This document shows, one piece after another, positions 63,891 to 64,000 of a stretch of DNA of 64,000 nucleotides. Within the stretch, counting starts at the first letter, position 1, and the number at the start of each line of letters is the position of its first letter. The stretch lies in contig RDEW01000008.1 in the NCBI GenBank assembly GCA_011109175.1, positions 5,228-69,227 of the forward strand, in the 5' to 3' direction. The stretch comes from Dicyema japonicum. Taxonomy: Eukaryota > Animalia > Dicyemida. A model generated the notes under the pieces. The model was not told the origin of the DNA, ran no database searches, and was given only the letters and a program-made list of their open reading frames with translations. Position numbers and translations under genes: made by a program.

Positions 63891-64000
63891 ACCCCTTTCA
63901 TTCTACCCTTGGATGGCAAACATTTAGAACAGGGAGTATTTCAGGTACATTCCATGTTAATAGGAGACCGTTGGATATACGCAGAGTAGATTCTCAAACT

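Noticed and set aside
1-64000. Fanzor/TnpB, Helitron, Penelope GIY-YIG, LTR elements or prokaryotic defence systems
   Set aside because: No diagnostic motifs were seen by eye. A profile search would be needed to exclude highly decayed copies.

Overview
AT-rich eukaryotic (animal-like) genomic DNA dominated by nested, mostly decayed transposable elements. Non-LTR retrotransposons include RTE, Jockey/I-group, CRE-like and R2/NeSL-like REL elements. DNA transposons include Ginger-type integrase elements, hAT (CGGBP1-like and Buster-like), Tigger/pogo, MULE and MITEs. Three host genes are recognisable: an intact Twinkle mtDNA helicase (6894-8784, nine 22-24 nt introns), a HIPK/DYRK-family kinase (minus strand, about 35.1-36.6 kb) and a JADE-family PHD-finger protein (45.1-47.3 kb, with several 1-nt frameshifts). 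Introns of 20-29 nt with a standard genetic code and animal-type genes fit a dicyemid-like parasite best, but this is inference. The top leads are: (1) a TSD-bounded LINE with no ORF1 whose short leader may fold as an HDV-like pseudoknot, with covariation between two copies; (2) a Ginger-like transposon with a 5-bp TSD whose integrase carries host-sized micro-introns; (3) a structured, apparently non-tRNA SINE-like family with (TAA)n tails and 14-15 bp TSDs; (4) a C-free 22/67/134-bp hierarchical TTAGGG-containing satellite directly upstream of a LINE ORF1. No prokaryotic-type system, CRISPR array, rRNA or tRNA gene was found. All translations and folds were done by eye, and boundaries without a TSD are approximate.
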